Shown here one piece after another: positions 41,897 through 54,578 of a stretch of 64,000 nucleotides of DNA. Each line of letters starts with the position of its first letter. Within the stretch, counting starts at the first letter, position 1. Location: NCBI RefSeq assembly GCF_006345805.1, contig NC_042998.1:123194001-123258000 (forward strand). The letters are read 5' to 3'. The stretch is from Octopus sinensis (Eukaryota). The notes below the pieces were generated by a model. The model did not search any database. It saw only the letters and a list, made by a program, of their open reading frames with translations, and was not told the DNA's origin. The translations under genes and the position numbers were made by a program.

Positions 41897-42565
41897 AAGG
41901 AGAAGGAAAGATCCCAAGGAGGGAAGACAGAGGAGACAATATTTGAGCTGGTGGTGCTTAAGGGATCACATGTTGAAAGAACAGAATTTGAAGGTACTTG
42001 AAAAATGGTTTTATAATGCAAGAGAGTTCCAAAAAAAGGGAATGCCTGTGTGTGTGTGTGTGTGTGTGTGCAAGATGACAAGTGTGTTTGTGCGTGCGTG
42101 TGTGTGTGTGTGTGTATTTTTGGTGAATAAAGGTAATGACAAAGCCAGCTGTGGTGATGACTGCTAGCTGTTTGTGTCAAGCTAGGTCAAAGCCAGGTCA
42201 AGAAACATCATAGTGTGTGTGTTGTTTGTAGTGTGTGTGTGTGTGTGTGCATGTGTGTGTTCGTGTGTGTATGCGTAGAGTTTGGGTGTGTGGCGTAACC
42301 TAGTACGTGTGTGCTTGTACGTGCGTGTGTGTGTGTGTAGGGGGATGTATATGTGGGTTCATTTGTGTGAGAGTGTATGTATGTGCGTGTATGTGTGCGT
42401 TTGTATGTGTTTGTGTGTATGTGTGCGTGCGCGGATAGGTGTATATTGTGTATGTATATCTGTCGGTGTGTATGTGAGTTTGTGTGTGTTTGTACGCGTG
42501 TACGTGTGTGTGAGTGTATAGTATATATATATATGTAAATGTGTGTGTGCATATATATATGAAAA

Positions 42566-44905
42566 ACTTAGATAAAGCTAAGATATGTTTCGACCAAAGA
42601 TTGTTCCTGGGCATGTTTAACCTAATAGGACTACCTAACAGGATTATCTAAATCCATTTTAAGTCAAGTTTTGTGGTATTATGATCCATTCAAGTAGTGA
42701 GTTGTTGTAGAGTGACCTGTATCAAAGTATAGGTGGCTTATCTGGTATTCCTTGAAGAAATTTATCCAGACTCCGTTTAAAGGTGATGGGATCCTTTTCT
42801 TCTTTGATCAGTTTTGAGACAATGTTAAAAAGGCCAGGACCTGTTGAGGAAAAGAAATTGTGTCTTAGTGTACCTATATATTGCGATCCTGAATTGGGTA
42901 GGGGACATATGGCCCGTGTTACCAGCCTTGGATGAACCTTGAAACTAATGTTCAGGTCGTTTAGGCAATGATGGCGGTATATTCTCCACATCGTGCAAAT
43001 GATGTACCGCTCGCGGCGGCGCTGGCGAGAGTAGAGTTTCAAGGCTTTAAGGCAGTCCTAGTAATCGAGAGCAGTCATGACCTTAATTCATTTCGTGAGT
43101 GCCCTCTGGGGTGATTCCATTTTCGAGATGCTTTGTTTTGTATGGGGACACCACAGGGGGCAGCAGTATTCGAGATGTGAGCGTACAAAGGAGGAGAAAA
43201 GTGGAATGATAACACCTTGTTCTTAAGAACCAGGCGCTCATCCTACGTGCTATATCAACCTTATTGTTGACGTGGCGCTCCAACTGAGATTGTTATCAAC
43301 AATTACTCCTAGGTCTCTGTTATTATTAGATGCTGTGAGCAGTTCCCCTGACGGGAGAGATTATGGCTGCTTTAGTATAGTTTTTCTTCCAAAATGCATC
43401 AGCTCAACTTTTCCCTCGTTTAGTTGCATTTTGTCCCCTGAGGGACACTACTGGTGACTTTTGCTGGGCTTGAGTGGACTCCATCGACCACAAAATGCTG
43501 TGTTCTATTCTCCAGGACATACTCAATCCAGTGTAAAAGTTTTACACGGATTCCAACATTTGCCAATTTTGAGAGTAAGATATTATGGTCAACCCTGTTG
43601 AACGCTTTACTGAATTTAAGATATATGACATCAGAGTTCGAACCTGTTCCTAAGGATTTAAGTATATCCTTAATGTGGTGTAAGACATGTGTTAGACAGT
43701 ACTTGCCACATCGAAAGCCATGTTGATTTGCTATAGGGATTTGTGTATCTGCAGGAAGCCAGCTATCCTTGATCTTACCACTGTTTCAAACACTTTAATG
43801 ATGTAGAAGGTGAGTGAGATTGGGCGATAGTTGGCTGCGAGGGATCTGTTTCCCTGCTTGAAAACCAGGATGACAGACTGGGTTAGAACCTGAGTTTAAA
43901 GAATTTTTCCAGGCGTTGGTCAGAGGGGCTACTAGTTAGTGTCTACACTCCTTCAGGAGACTAGCTGTCATGGAATCAACAGATAACCACACAAAATCGT
44001 GCCACAGCTGCATAAGGTAAGACAAAACTTCCATCCAAAGAGACCAAAGAATAAAGAAATATCCCAAACTTAAAAAATCGCGGATCATATCCACTAAAAC
44101 GAAAATATAATGATGTAGTGCGCACCAATTGCAACAGCCAGATCGATTGTACAACAACTGGCCTGACCACATCAATTTCAGAGTCGGTGCCATCCCCACT
44201 TCCATTCAAAAACACTATCAGGGCCTACAGCAGAATAGTATTTGACCTCCTTTATTATTGCTATGACGTATGAGGCAGTGAAAGCTATGTCCGAGATTTT
44301 ATGTTGGGAATCAGCTTCATTCGCTTCTCTTACGTCAATATGAGTGGGATTACTAAATACAGAGCAGTATTGTTTCAGCAGTATTTCTGCCATTTCTTTA
44401 GCATCGTGTTGGGGAATGCCGTTATCATCGATTAACGGCCCAATGGGTGAGACAGCACTTCTATGCTCATTTGCATAAGAATAGAACACTTTTGGGTTGT
44501 GTTTGATGTTTTTGATTACTCATTGTTCCTCTGCAGCTCTTTGATTTTCAATAGACGTTTTCATGTCGGTCTGCAGATGAAGTTTTTCCGACACCAGCCT
44601 TTTCATTGTTGTTGAATGTGGATGTTGTATGTGGGACTATTTTAATTGGTTGATTTTTTATTGAGTCTTTTGATGTGCTTGATGAGTGTTGTTTTTCTTT
44701 CTAGGGTGCCGGTTTCTGTTTGTGTAAGAGGATTTCATAGGAGCGTGTTTTGACCATGTATAGGTGACAATGTTCTCAAAGTGCTGCCATGAGGTCTCAA
44801 TGTGAGTGGAACTGTGAGTAAAGGACTAGTTGATGAAGGACAGATTCTTTCTGATTGCTCCCCAGTCCGCTTTGTGGAAGTTTATTTTGTCGAATAAATA
44901 CCGGT
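42566..44905 (-). mobile_element. Decayed CR1-like LINE ORF2 with foreign insert 43966-44214
   Basis: KLYSRQRRRERY, FYSYANE..IGPL, MAEILLKQYCSVFS, AVGPD, NYRPISLT, QHGFR motifs. Confidence 0.88.
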
Positions 44906-44922
44906 GTATATATATATATATG

Positions 44923-44978
<56 letters not shown>

Positions 44979-45119
44979 TACTTATGATAGCGCGTCAAAA
45001 TTTGATGACAACGTCAATCCAAGACATTCATCTTCCTCCACCTTCAGATCAGTGTTACTCATGGGGAAGGTCACAGCGAACAGGACGGTACAAGATAAGT
45101 AGATCCTGTGACACTGAGT

Positions 45120-45440
45120 TTACTGAAAGTGACCCCGAACAAAAGCTGCTAGGGGCTGATGACAACATCTCCTCTTCTGTTTATGCAGTCTCCTGGGTTC
45201 TGTTTGAAAGTGATGTGTTCCGGCATCACACACGGACGACCATACCTTCCGATTAACAGCCAGAAGCTCCAACTGACTTGTAGGGACACTGCATAAAATG
45301 AGGAACCGCTTCACACGACCATGGAAACGAAGTTTGGACGTCCACGGGGACAATTCCAGTCTCGATATCGTTGAAGAAGACCATTATGGCAGCCAGTTAC
45401 ACAATATTCGATTCACATGGCCAACTGAGCGGAGGAGATA
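45120..45440 (-). pseudogene. RTE-clade LINE C-terminal remnant
   Basis: GHVNR, PRGRP/KLRF, LELLAVNRKVW..V..G match the RTE C-terminal pattern. Confidence 0.7.
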
Positions 45441-45789
45441 AAAAATGCCCTTTATAACATAACTGAGTAATTCTTATAGACTGAAAATTTATATACCTGC
45501 AGAGATCTGGAGTAAGGTACTGTGTTGGGAGAAACACAAACATATATTAAGAAAAAAGGAAATGAAACAGAGACAGAGAGAGAGGGGGAAGATAATGAGA
45601 AAGAGTAGGAGAGAGGGAGGGAGAGAGGGAGCAAGAGAAAGAGAGAGAGAGAGGGAGAAAAAGCAAAATAAGGAGAGATATGTGGTATTACAAAGATTCG
45701 ATTTTTTGTTTAAATCAATACCAATCAGAAGCTGGTAGCAAATTCTGCATTAAATTGCAAAATTGCTGACGGGTGTCAAAGTAACATTA

Positions 45790-45903
<114 letters not shown>

Positions 45904-45995
45904 TTCTCTTTCTCTCTCTCTCTCTCTCTTTCTCTGTAGATATATTTATATATATATATGTGTGTATCTATCTATATACCAATATATGTATATAT

Positions 45996-46050
<55 letters not shown>

Positions 46051-46083
46051 CATATATTGGTATATAGATAGATACACACTATA

Positions 46084-46118
<35 letters not shown>

Positions 46119-46697
46119 GCGTATGTATGTGTATAGGTGTATGTATGCATATGAAGTCGTAAAATACAAAATTGTATGACGTATCTGTTCCATGTTTATA
46201 GTTGAATTTTTGCCATGAAACAATGAAATAAACATAGAGCACCCACTTCCAATACAAGAACAAGGAAACAGAAATCGCCATATATTTGGTAACCCAGCAA
46301 GATACAGAATCCATAAAATGCTGTAAACAACATGATGAAATTGTAAGTAAAATTTATCTCTAAATTTCACACATGATTCAGAAATATTATTGATGTGCAT
46401 TTAATCTCAATTGCTTATCTATGGTATTATAACATATTTTTACGTTCCGTCAAAAACGAAAAAAAATTATATTTGTGCGTTTGTGTGCGTGTGTGTGTGT
46501 GTGTATGTATAATACATTTTACTTTTAATATTTTGCGTATATTGTTTACTCGTTTAACTTATTTTACTTTTGTGAATATGATATTTCTAGGTAAATTATT
46601 TTCTGTAAACATGAGGTGGGTGGCTCAAAGAAGACTGCGTGCGCAAGCACATTTATAGCAGCAAAATAGAAATATATATTTAATATAAAAGACATCC

Positions 46698-46738
46698 TAT
46701 ATATATATATATATATATGTATATACATATATATATAT

Positions 46739-46770
<32 letters not shown>

Positions 46771-46832
46771 TATATATACATATATATATTCATATATATA
46801 TATATCTATATATATATATATATATATAATAT

Positions 46833-46884
<52 letters not shown>

Positions 46885-46954
46885 GTATATATATATATAT
46901 TATATATATATATAAATATATTTATAAATATATATATATACATGTATATATATA

Positions 46955-47023
<69 letters not shown>

Positions 47024-47100
47024 CATACGCATACATACATATGTATGTAATATATATATATATATATATATAATATATATATATTATATATATATATATA
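46698..47100. repeat. Long imperfect (TA)n tract
   Basis: Direct inspection; similar tracts at 4940-5235, 18800-19040, 27510-27770, 48815-49030, 57112-57265. Confidence 0.95.
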
Positions 47101-47619
47101 TGTGTGTGTGAATATCGAGACGTATGATAATCTAAACTTGAGTTCACACATCACCAATAAAGCCGATATGGTCGCAGGTGTTCTCTAGCATCCTTAGAAA
47201 TTCTCACTCTAGAGATCCTGATGACATAATCTTTTTCTTTTTCATCACTGATCTATTTCTACGTGAATACCGATGCCTACTGTGATATCTCAATATCAAA
47301 CAACATATTATGTGATTTGAAGCACCACAGACTTCACATACTACGAGAAATAAGATGGTATGTCAGGGTTTGGTTACCAGGCGTTCCTAAAAAAAGCGAA
47401 ACAATCTCTCTCAAACTTTTTATCTGCAATATGATGGTAAGCACCACATGATTTGTACAATGTAGAAAATTTTATCCACCTTGTCCTAATCATACTGATA
47501 TCAAGTTTACAAACCAGTCACGCCTTGTATTCCGTACTATTAATTCCTCACAAAGATCGACCTTATATTACTTTATAATATTGCGGTTACTTTTGCTTTA
47601 TCCATTTAAGAAACGAGAA

Positions 47620-48100
47620 AGCTGGCAAAGTCTAGGCGTATAAAAGCAGAATGGAATGCATTTAAAACTCAAGAAAAGTTGTTCCCGAGGCAAACGTGAA
47701 CGTGCCCCTATATGCCATAATCCTCTCTAGCTCTGTCCGGCCTGCGGCCTTATACGCAAGTAATATGCGGGATACTACGAAAACAGAAGAACAGCTACAG
47801 CACGAAGAGAGAACTGCGACTACAACACAAAGGGCCATGAAATATTCCATGGAAGGAATACCATCGCGAAAGTATACAAAAAATATGGTGATTCGATAAT
47901 GTAGTGGAGGGAACAACGTCGTTGCAGTGACGAAAGTACAATTTTCATGATGTTGTACGTGTCGCCATGTTCACAGATAAAAGAGTGACAAGTGCAATTA
48001 CCGACTAAAATTCAGGGTATTAAGAAGGCTACTCGGAGGGACTCAGCCCGATGGTAGGAAAAAGGTTTGGTAAAATAATTTGGTCCAAGAAAGAAAAGAA
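47620..48100 (+). pseudogene. RTE-clade LINE remnant
   Basis: VRPAALYAS, TQRAMKYSMEGI, NMVIR resemble the RTE VLP..Y.SE / QRAMER.MLG / N..IR motifs. Confidence 0.65.
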
Positions 48101-48183
48101 TGGCGAATACAAGAAAGGATTAGAAGTGCATTTTGATCAGCAAAGTATATCAAATACTCTGGTCCATATAGATAAAATAGATG

Positions 48184-48222
<39 letters not shown>

Positions 48223-48812
48223 CGTATGTTTGTATGTATATGGGAGTGTATACGTGTATGTTTATGTGTGTTTGTGCGTGTGTGCGTGTGTGCGAGTGTG
48301 TGTGCGTGTGTATGTGTAGCGGTTGCTCCATCAAAGTTTTGACTCAACTTCAAACTTCTCACTGGTTCATGGGTAAGGCCTGCACAAGTCACTGTTCTTC
48401 CAACAGCGTGGCGCTTTCGGTAGATGGACTCTAATTAGATCACCATGAATAAACACCTGTACGTCTGTGAATTATAGTAATAAACGATTCTACAATGAGA
48501 GTAACTCTCTCTGAGTCTCTGATTAGTACCTAGTGACAGTCCGAACACAGATAACTTGTAATGTCACGAAACCACGTTTTACATTAGAATCCCTCCCCTG
48601 GAATAATGGTGTAACATCAGCTAGGGTTCCATCATTCCCGATGGTTCATTAGCCGTTCATTTTATTCTTTGCGTTTCATCCTGCAGGGTGTTCAACAAAA
48701 ACCACCCTGCTTACTAAGCATGCATTTTCGGGTCGCTGGTTTAGACGCCGATGGCCGGACCATGTGTCAGACTGGTTACATGTTAGCACCAGCGCACTAA
48801 GAGTGATGTGGC

Positions 48813-48884
<72 letters not shown>

Positions 48885-48895
48885 TATATATATAT

Positions 48896-48941
<46 letters not shown>

Positions 48942-48992
48942 ATATATATATATATGTATATATATGTATATGTATATGTATGTATATATATA

Positions 48993-49023
<31 letters not shown>

Positions 49024-49130
49024 TATATATAAGGTTAATCCAAACGAGAAAACAGAAAAAACAACAACACAAGGAGGTGGAACAATTAAAGTATTATTAT
49101 TAGGCGCTCAGGAAAAAGGGAAGAAGGAGG

Positions 49131-49165
49131 GTATGACGTTTCGAGCGGAGCTCTTCGTCGGAAAC
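49131..49165 (-). ncRNA. Ultra-minimal variant hammerhead, second copy (repeat ~49033-49235)
   Basis: GTTT-CCGACGA-AGAGCTCCGCTC-GAAAC-GTC-ATAC; GUC triplet, one stem I mismatch. Confidence 0.58.
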
Positions 49166-49494
49166 ATAAGAGAAAGAAAGATCCCGAGGCGGGCGAACGG
49201 AGGGAAAAAAACGCGACTGGTTTTTACGAAGTAAACATATATATATATATATGTATATTGTTGTTGTATTTAGGAATGGTCATTTTGCCAGTTTAGCCAA
49301 TAAAAACACACGCACTCTATATTTGGTACTACTTTGCTTCAGCGATATTTACTTTTTATGACCGTGTTTGTATAAACATCGTAGGGCTTGTTCGTTTCTT
49401 GTATTAATAAATCTGTATTTTTATGTAAATATTTGGTAATGTTCCTCTACCCAAAGGTCGCATCTATTTCCTCCTACTCGATAAGTCTTAGCAG

Positions 49495-50024
49495 TATATA
49501 AAAGTATTCCCTTCCCTCCGAGGTAACTTTGCATCTATAGATTAGGTTCTTAGTTTTACATTTTCAGTACAATGAGCATACTTTATGTCTAGTACACACT
49601 GCATAAACCTCTTTGTCTATTTCTATTATTTATAGTGTTACTGACTCCACTAGAAGTCTCACCTATTCTTTCATTTTCGGATCCGGTATTATTTCTGAAT
49701 TACCTAGTTTTAATGCCGCTCTTTATAGTAGTTCGTCCTTCTATTTCTATACTTGTGAAAGAATTTGCTACGGTTATTATTTGACAGTTCTCACTTACCC
49801 CTGTGCGTACTACTATAGTCTCATCGTCTACGTCCCTTTTGTGGTTAATTATTTCTTCCCTATTTATTTAGATTGGGATTACTAGGATCCCCATGGACGT
49901 TGTATAGTTTTCTTGCATTATGTGCCGCTATTATTTGTGCCAGGTTGCGGCTATTGGAAAAGGTGAGGCATACATTATGCTCATTAAATATTTTGTGGTA
50001 CTTGCTAGTTTCAGGAAAGTGTTT
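49495..50024 (-). pseudogene. Penelope-like element remnant: linker and Cys-knuckle/GIY-YIG endonuclease
   Basis: KHFPETSKYHKIFNEHNVCLTFSNSRNLAQIIAAHN (50024-49902) and CS/CTRHKVCSLY*KCKTKNLIYRCKV..EYFYI (49603-49495); stops and frameshifts present. Confidence 0.8.
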
Positions 50025-50497
50025 TTTTTTTATTGCTGTATAGAAGAGGCTAGGTATGTTGGAAATTGCCTACTACACTGCCGAATGTATAATACCAATA
50101 TATACCTGAGAAATGTTTTATTGTCTAGCGAAGAGTACACGGAATTACTCATCGGAAGAATTCATGGAGTGACTAACAACTAAATGTAGACATAGATGTT
50201 AGATACTGCTCGTTGTGTTTAGCTGTTAACTGGAATATAAGTGAGAGCTAATACGGTATCCACCAGGAAAATATATCCCTCCAAACTCACACATATATAT
50301 ATAAGACATGCACCCAACACCAAAGCTGCAGACACCTCCGAAAAGAGTGGCCTCGCCACGTCAAAACATTAGAGGAGTAGGGGCCGAAACCGAACGTGGT
50401 TTCTCCTGATGATGTCTTGAGGTAACTGGATCCTTCTAAACGTGCTGTTGTGGTAGCAGACCACGAAACACGGTTGTAATTCCTCCTATATATATAA

Positions 50498-50714
<217 letters not shown>

Positions 50715-50787
50715 AAATAAATTACTTTACTCTGCTATGTATTGAGTACCTTATTTACTGTGGTTAACCCCGACTCAACCCGGGACC

Positions 50788-50821
<34 letters not shown>

Positions 50822-50822
<1 letters not shown>

Positions 50823-51578
50823 TAGTAGCTAAGCCCGGTTTCACCCGGTCTGTTTGGATGATGTGGCTGTGATCGTTTTCAGTTAGGCATAATCTATAAT
50901 AGCATTTCTCAACCTTATCATTTCGGGTATCTTGTTTCGATTGGAGCCTCCAGCTGTATGAAAATTTCCTGACTCTCCCCGCTCCTGTCAGAAAACAGCT
51001 TCAGGAGTTGTGTAGAACGAATTTGTACGTAGTCTGTTTCTGTGAGCTATTCTATTGGAACTCTGTCTAATCATTAAAACATTTATTTAATTATGAACAT
51101 ACAAAGAAATTATACATTAATCCCTATTTTCGTAAGCAGTTGTATCTGTAAAAATTTTATTTGCAGAGAGCAAATGAAAGAAAATATATGAAATGGACGT
51201 GTGTGTGTGTGTGAGTGTGTGTGTGTGTGTATGTTTGTGTGTGTGTTTCTGGCTAATTTGGTGGGAGTTTTTGTTTTTTCAGTTAGCATGAGGTGGTTTG
51301 TGTTTATCTCTCGAGTCGAATGTTTGAAGAAACAATAAGAATATTTTAATAAATTTTAGCTTCAGTTTATATTCTATATATCACCAGACAGTGTGTTTAT
51401 AGTTAATTAAGCATACTACGACACGTTTCTCCCTCCTAACTACCAGAAAAATTGATATTTTTTAAATGAAATTTTTAACAAATACATCTCAGATGGTGTG
51501 GATTCCGATTATATCGGAATTTGTCGTGAAAAACATTTCCGTGGCTGCGGAGAAGTTTCGGAAATTTTACACACACAC

Positions 51579-51640
<62 letters not shown>

Positions 51641-52533
51641 CGTTTGAGGGGCTGTGTGAGACAAAAAGCGTACTGTGTATGTAATGGAGAGAGAGAGAGA
51701 GAGAGATACAGAGAGAGATAACTGAATTTTTTTTTCACTTTTTGTAGTGTGTGAATGATTGACAAAAAGGAGAGTCGTTATTTATGCGTGTATGTGTGTG
51801 AGTGGCTTCAGTGACACATACACAAAAACATATGTACGTACTTCTATCGCATACATGTTCATGTGCGTGTGAGGGAGAGAGAGAGAGAAAGAAGGTATGT
51901 TTTTTGTGTTGCTTGTTGTTATACATAGCAGACCGTTATATAAACATACGTGCAAACAACAATAAAAAACAGAAAACATACCTTCTCTCTTTCTCTCTCT
52001 CTCTCTCTCTATCAATCTATCTATCTATCTTTCTCTGTCAATCACTCACACAATCAATCACTACAAAAAGTAAATAAAAAATTTCAATTGTCTCGCTCTC
52101 TCAATCATGCACACATACACACCAGCACTACTGCTCTCTCTGTCTCTTCCCAAACACTGGCAAAACTTCACATACACACCACACATTCTGTCTCGCACAG
52201 CCCATCACAAAGACACACATCAATTCCTCCGCTTCACGCTGACATCAAAAGATTGTCCCCTCTTCTAATTTCAATGAGAAACTGTAACTAAAGATTAAGA
52301 TTATCAGCCCCACAAAGAGGTGAAAGGAGAGAGACAGCACTACGAAAGTTTTGGCTGACTGCCATCCTGTACTCCCCTTGTTGCTAGTGAAATGGTATAA
52401 GCCGGCTTTGTGAGCAACTGGTTGTTTTAATGGTGGAACAAACAGGGGAATTCCATTAGAACAGTTTTAGTCGATTTTCTCTGTAAGTATGGGAGCTACA
52501 AAGAAAGTACAAACCGCATTCCAATCTATGCAA
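50822..52533 (-). mobile_element. Helitron-like element; 3' terminus clear, 5' limit uncertain
   Basis: Minus strand CCGGGTGAAACCGGG hairpin then CTAG|T at 50822; no TC start found before the tandem array. Confidence 0.6.
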
Positions 52534-52883
52534 TTTTGGATTAACTGGTGCTAGAGTGAGCCATATAGTGACCACTCTCTTATATTTATTTTGTAAAAAT
52601 ATTATAATATGTTATAAAATATTATAATAGTCCAGGTTTCTCGGAGCACTAGGCCACTTGGTGTTGAATAGATATACTATTAAATTAGTATCTAATTCTC
52701 TCACCCTTATTAATTAATTATAATTATGCTGCATTTATTTCTAAATGCTGTATTTGTTTTCCGTGAGAGTTTGGCGCGCTGTTAGTTGGGGCATTTGAAT
52801 TATAACGTCGGATGTAATCAATTGAACCACACGCGTATTTATCGTTATGGTAAAATCTGGCGTGTGATTGAGTGGATTTCATC

Positions 52884-52980
52884 CAGATAGTTTTGGCTGA
52901 CGAGCTACAAATGGATTTTTTTTGTAAGTAAAATTACATTTAATTCATTAATAGCGAAACAATTGTCCCAAAATAATCTG
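52884..52980 (+). ncRNA. Type I hammerhead ribozyme, unit 1
   Basis: CAGATAGTTTTGG-CTGACGA-GCTA..TAGC-GAAAC-AATT-GTC-CCAAAATAATCTG; predicted cut after 52967. Confidence 0.92.
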
Positions 52981-53419
52981 TATTTTTGTTATTTTTCATT
53001 TGCCCTGTCCGTGTGAGCTAACAATCGTACTGACTTTCATGGGAAACATGTATTTTCGTGGTTGAAACCTTTTGGATTAACTGGTGCTAGAGTGAGCCAT
53101 ATAGTGACCACTCTCTTATATTTATTTTGTAAAAATATTATAATATGTTATAAAATATTATAATAATCCAGGTTTCTCGGAGGACTAGGCCACTTGGTGT
53201 TGAATAGATATACTATTAAATTAGTATCTAATTCTCTCACCCTTATTAATTAATTATAATTATGCTGCATTTATTTCTAAATGCTGTATTTGTTTTCCGT
53301 GAGAGTTTGGCGCGCTGTTAGTTGGGGCATTTGAAATATAACGTCGGATGTAATCAATTGAACCACACGCGTATTTATCGTTATGGTAAAATCTGGCGTG
53401 TGATTGAGTGGATTTCATC

Positions 53420-53515
53420 CAGATAGTTTTGGCTGACGAGCTACAAATGGATTTTTTTTGTAAGTAAAATTACATTTAATTCATTAATAGCGAAACAATT
53501 GTCCAAAATAATCTG
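53420..53515 (+). ncRNA. Type I hammerhead ribozyme, unit 2 (one C missing at GTC/stem I)
   Basis: gtccaaaa instead of gtcccaaaa at 53501; may be a homopolymer sequencing error. Confidence 0.75.
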
Positions 53516-53952
53516 TATTTTTGTTATTTTTTATTTGCCCTGTCCGTGTGAGCTAACAATCGTACTGACTTCATGGGAAACATGTATTTTCGTGGTTGAA
53601 ACCTTTTGGATTAACTGGTGCTAGAGTGAGCCATATAGTGACCACTCTCTTATATTTATTTTGTAAAAATATTATAATATGTTATAAAATATTATAATAA
53701 TCCAGGTTTCTCGGAGCACTAGGCCACTTGGTGTTGAATAGATATACTATTAAATTAGTATCTAATTCTCTCACCCTTATTAATTAATTATAATTATGCT
53801 GCATTATTTCTAAATGCTGTATTTGTTTTCCGTGAGAGTTTGGCGCGCTGTTAGTTGGGGCATTTGAATTATAACGTCGGATGTAATCAATTGAACCACA
53901 CGCGTATTTATCGTTATGGTAAAATCTGGCGTGTGATTGAGTGGATTTCATC

Positions 53953-54048
53953 CAGATAGTTTTGGCTGACGAGCTACAATGGATTTTTTTTGTAAGTAAA
54001 ATTACATTTAATTCATTAATAGCGAAACAATTGTCCCAAAATAATCTG
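53953..54048 (+). ncRNA. Type I hammerhead ribozyme, unit 3
   Basis: Intact motif; predicted cut after 54035. Confidence 0.92.
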
Positions 54049-54341
54049 TATTTTTGTTATTTTTTATTTGCCCTGTCCGTGTGAGCTAACAACCGTACTG
54101 ACTTTCATGGGAAACATGTATTTTCGTGGTTGAAACCTTTTGGATTAACTGGTGCTAGAGTGAGCCATATAGTGACCACTCTCTTATATTTATTTTGTAA
54201 AAATATTATAATATGTTATAAAATATTATAATAATCCAGGTTTCTCGGAGCACTAGGCCACTTGGTGTTGAATAGATATACTATTAAATTAGTATCTAAT
54301 TCTCTCACCCTTATTAATTAATTATTTATATATATATATAT

Positions 54342-54444
54342 AACTCCTAGCATCTACACGTAGCCATCAACATCCACACCCGCCCCAAAAAGGCTGCAGT
54401 CTAACGACTGAATCATATATATATGTATATATATATGTATATAT

Positions 54445-54494
<50 letters not shown>

Positions 54495-54578
54495 CATATA
54501 TATATGATTCAGTCGTTAGACTGCAGCCTTTTTGGGGCGGGTGTGGATGTTGATGGCTACGTGTAGATGCTAGGAGTT
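54342..54578. repeat. Perfect 73-bp inverted repeat around a (TA)n spacer
   Basis: 54342-54414 is the reverse complement of 54506-54578. Confidence 0.95.

Larger units (their letters stand above)
52534..54325 (+). mobile_element. Head-to-tail ~535-bp tandem array (3.35 units), one HHR per unit: retrozyme-like multimer
   Basis: Units start at 52534, 53070, 53604, 54138; near-identical; no ORF >=60 aa; ends in (TA)n. Confidence 0.9.

Noticed and set aside
48518-48585. ctgatta..gtgaca/tgtcac-gaaac motif
   Set aside because: Core G mutated, extra spacer, no stem I
50330-50485. HHR-like fragments (ggcc..ggccgaaac; ctgatga..ccacgaaac)
   Set aside because: Core spacing and stem I cannot be built convincingly; possibly decayed relics
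52534-54325. CRISPR array or plain satellite interpretation
   Set aside because: No short repeat with unique spacers and no cas genes; a per-unit ribozyme and a related dispersed copy argue against simple satellite
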